Source of the DNA: Wolbachia endosymbiont of Cimex lectularius
Lineage (GTDB): Bacteria; Pseudomonadota; Alphaproteobacteria; Rickettsiales; Anaplasmataceae
Assembly (NCBI RefSeq): GCF_000829315.1
Contig: NZ_AP013028.1
Coordinates: forward strand, 660,001-692,000
Direction of reading: 5' to 3'
Length of the DNA stretch: 32,000 nt
The position numbers and the translations under genes are program-made. Shown here piece after piece: positions 29,411-32,000 of the stretch. Below the pieces are notes generated by a model that ran no database searches, was not told the origin of the DNA, and was given only the letters and a program-made list of their open reading frames with translations. The number at the start of each line of letters is the position of its first letter. Position 1 is the first letter of the stretch.

Positions 29411-30954
29411 AACAGTACCAGTAGAACGCTCATCAAAAAAAGAGAAGAAGCTGAAACGAAACTCACTGAGTTATAACTTAGCACTTCTTTAAGTTTAGTA
29501 GTATTATTAGAGTATAGACTGGTAAGCGAATTAGTCAAGTTTTGCAGCACGCTAGCAGATATCTTTCTCATTTTGAAAGCTAATTTATTGAACAGTGAAA
29601 CAACATAAGGTATGAGAGCTCTGAAAATCCAATCGATATCCATTTTAAAATTTATTCTTGGCAGAAATAACTTGCGTAAGGAGATAAACAACAAGGTAGC
29701 ACATAGTAATGAACTAAATTGCGACCAGATATTTTGTGTGTTGTACGCAAGATTAAAAATCGCAGGTTTGTTGTAAATAGGTAAGTAAGGATTGCCAACA
29801 ATTACGCATATAAATGCTAAAATAATCATGGCTATTCCACTCCCTTCCTCTGCTGAAGGTTTTGACTTGCTTTTGGCAACAAATATGTAGTAAAGAAACT
29901 TAAGTCCCACGCTTAAATAAAGCAATAAATTCAGAATTTTGTGTAAGTTTTCGTACAATTCTAAATCAGTACCATTCATTTTAATTTCAGCTGCAATGTA
30001 TGATTTGCTAATAAATCCAGCAGTCCCAGGAAATGCAGCCATTGTGAGTATTGCGATCAAAGCATACATTCCTTCTACTGACATGAATTTGCTCGCTCTA
30101 TTAAAATTCACCACTTTTGTCCGCAAGATAATCGAGTTGGCAACAGCGATGAGCAATAGTTGATAGGCAATGGAAAAAATTATGTTGAGAGCAAGTAGTG
30201 GTACAGCATTTTCCAAGCGGCTAAGCAGACTCCCTGTCATAATTAATATGCCCATTTGCCCTACAACACTGTAGGCTAAAAACCTACGGATGTTTTGTTC
30301 AAGGGAAGCAAATATAATACCATAAATAGCAGTGATAGTGCCCAGGAATGCTAATATTTCAGAATAATCTTGCCAAAGGTTGTAAGTATGCAGGAGTGCT
30401 ACTAAAAAAGAAATCTTGGTAGTAAATAGGGAAAGATATGACGCACCGTGTAATGATGCAGCAGGATATGTATCAACAACCCAGAATGAAAAAGGAAAAC
30501 AGGCGCAATTTATTAATAGACCTATGATTATTAGATTAGAACTTTGAATTGCTAACCCTGCTGTTAGTACAACCCCGACGAAAAAGTGTACACAAGCGTA
30601 TCTTACTGCAGGGCCATTATCTTTGCTGCCAGCTGCGATAATAAAAGATGCACTGATGGCCATTAATTCACAGAATATCACAGCCAATAATATCTGCTTA
30701 GATAATATTGCACACAATGAACTGATAGTATAAGCAAAAAAGGATAACATTTCCGAAAAGCTTAAATTTTTTGCTGGTAGAACAATTAGAAATGCAGCTG
30801 ATAAAAAAGATATCAATAAGATGCGAAAAGATAAATCAAAATTTAGAACAGGATAAGACCAATTAAATGTGGTATCGAAATTCTCAGGTAAATTTAGTAC
30901 TACAACTACTAATATAGACAGCAGAAATAACAGCGAAAATTTATAAAGTTGCAC
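29395..30954 (-). CDS. Proton-conducting membrane subunit, MrpD/NuoN-like
   Basis: 'FWVVDTYPAASLHGASYLSLFTTKISFL' and 'LEQNIRRFLAYSVVGQMGILIMTG' match the proton_antipo_M type; exact subfamily uncertain. Confidence 0.75.
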   Translation of the reverse strand: MQLYKFSLLFLLSILVVVVLNLPENFDTTFNWSYPVLNFDLSFRILLISFLSAAFLIVLPAKNLSFSEMLSFFAYTISSLCAILSKQILLAVIFCELMAISASFIIAAGSKDNGPAVRYACVHFFVGVVLTAGLAIQSSNLIIIGLLINCACFPFSFWVVDTYPAASLHGASYLSLFTTKISFLVALLHTYNLWQDYSEILAFLGTITAIYGIIFASLEQNIRRFLAYSVVGQMGILIMTGSLLSRLENAVPLLALNIIFSIAYQLLLIAVANSIILRTKVVNFNRASKFMSVEGMYALIAILTMAAFPGTAGFISKSYIAAEIKMNGTDLELYENLHKILNLLLYLSVGLKFLYYIFVAKSKSKPSAEEGSGIAMIILAFICVIVGNPYLPIYNKPAIFNLAYNTQNIWSQFSSLLCATLLFISLRKLFLPRINFKMDIDWIFRALIPYVVSLFNKLAFKMRKISASVLQNLTNSLTSLYSNNTTKLKEVLSYNSVSFVSASSLFLMSVLLVLLCLNH

Positions 30955-31578
30955 GACAATTTAAGTCAATATAGTTTATACTATCTCGATGAATAAATAA
31001 AATCAATTTGCATGTATTAACCACTAATTAAACTGATTATCATGTAATTATATCAGGGTTAGGGGGTTATAGGAAACCGGTCAGATTAGGTTTTTAATCT
31101 AACCTGACCGATAGCTTTAATAGTGAGGTAAGCCTCAATATAACACGCTCAATTTATAGTACTACATTCGTGCATAATCTATTTGAAATTTGTGCACGGG
31201 TGTTAGTAAATTATTTACTTTTTGAAATAAAGCTCAGCATTAATTTTTTACGGTTAGCACAAAATTAGTTATTTCCTTATTTTATATTACCATACTAAAA
31301 TATCTATTATAGCATAAAGTTATTAATAATATTTGTATTTTAGCATATTAGATGAAGGTTCAGTCTGACAGTCTAGTGTCATCCAAGTAGCTGGCTGGCA
31401 TCCAAGAAATTTTGCTTATAAGCGAGCGCGCTAAGTTAGTGAACATAAAAGTAGCAAATCTTGTGTTACGCTGGCTAAGTTTTCCCACTTCATACCGCAG
31501 CAACCGCTAACGCTAGCGGAACAATGGTTTTTTGAATCAGATCTCTTGTATAGCCAATTTATGGTGAGAAAAATACAG

Positions 31579-31764
31579 ATGAGCACCGTAGAATACTTGA
31601 AGTTTGAGGAGCGCAAGCAAGTTTTGACGCAAAATCAAAAAGCAGGTTATGCAAAAGGTTTACTGTTATATAGCTTAATAATTAAATATTTCATTGACTT
31701 ATTAACTATTTTTATGTATTATTATACTATCAGTAGTTTATATCAAAACATCAATAATGAGTAG
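31579..31764 (+). CDS. Small hypothetical protein with hydrophobic segment
   Basis: 'MSTVEYLKFEERKQVLTQNQKAGYAKGLLLYSLIIKYFIDLLTIFMYYY'; overlaps the next ORF at ATGA. Confidence 0.4.
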   Translation: MSTVEYLKFEERKQVLTQNQKAGYAKGLLLYSLIIKYFIDLLTIFMYYYTISSLYQNINNE

Positions 31765-31971
31765 CTCTACATTAGAAGAAAAGAAAAATCCAGTAGTTAC
31801 ACTAAAAGCTCAGGCAGAGAAGTTTAATTTTAGTATGTTAAGAGCTGATGAAAAGAATACATTAGCGAATTCTGGTGAGACGATGTTCTTAGATTTTTAT
31901 AGAATGAATTTTGTTGTTAACAAAAAAAGTATAGATAGCACTTTAATTTTTGCTTTAACAAAAGGAGCTAA
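31757..31971 (+). pseudogene. Hypothetical gene interrupted by IS copy 5
   Basis: 'MSSSTLEEKKNPVVTLKAQAEKFNFSMLRADEKNTLANSGETMFLDFYRMNFVVNKKSIDSTLIFALTKGA' then enters the IS end. Confidence 0.5.
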
Positions 31972-32000
31972 GAACCTGTTTAAAATCTTGGAAATGTGAG
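31972..32000 (+). mobile_element. IS5-like insertion sequence, copy 5, first 29 bp (cut by window edge)
   Basis: GAACCTGTTTAAAATCTTGGAAATGTGAG is identical to the start of copy 3; preceded by TAA at 31969-31971. Confidence 0.85.

Noticed and set aside
28708-29492. Plus-strand ORFs across ffh (28708..28902, 29064..29492)
   Set aside because: Antisense to strongly conserved Ffh GTPase motifs.

Overview
AT-rich alphaproteobacterial window, most likely from a Wolbachia (Anaplasmataceae) chromosome. This is inferred from gene content: an NLR/RI-type LRR protein, an ankyrin protein, a WO-type serine recombinase remnant, and many IS5-like copies and palindromic repeats among housekeeping genes. Housekeeping content: purQ 3' end, tRNA-Glu, gltX, tRNA-Ala, MJ0042 zinc-ribbon protein, dapD, DUF2610 protein, NDUFAF7-like methyltransferase, nuoF, tRNA-Lys, ribonuclease J, tolB, FtsL-like protein, rsmH, MFS transporter, infA, maf, tRNA-His, ffh, and a MrpD/NuoN-like membrane subunit. 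Accessory content: four complete and one edge-truncated copies of one ~861-862 bp IS5-like element, a serine recombinase remnant, LRR and ankyrin genes, and a 20-24.5 kb stretch of truncated or frameshifted genes. I found no convincing new defence or phage system. The best second-look signals are: (1) a 225 bp TIR element with an 11 bp direct target repeat; (2) a modular structured intergenic repeat that recurs in both orientations, flanks the ankyrin gene and the recombinase remnant as inverted pairs, and supplies a protein tail; (3) a palindromic repeat inserted in frame in a methyltransferase gene; (4) an IS family in which every complete copy carries A9 or A10 where the DDE transposase reading predicts A8; (5) an IS composite best explained by nested insertion plus recombination; (6) two reconstructable, unidentified pseudogenes. 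All calls come from reading the sequence. No database search was run.
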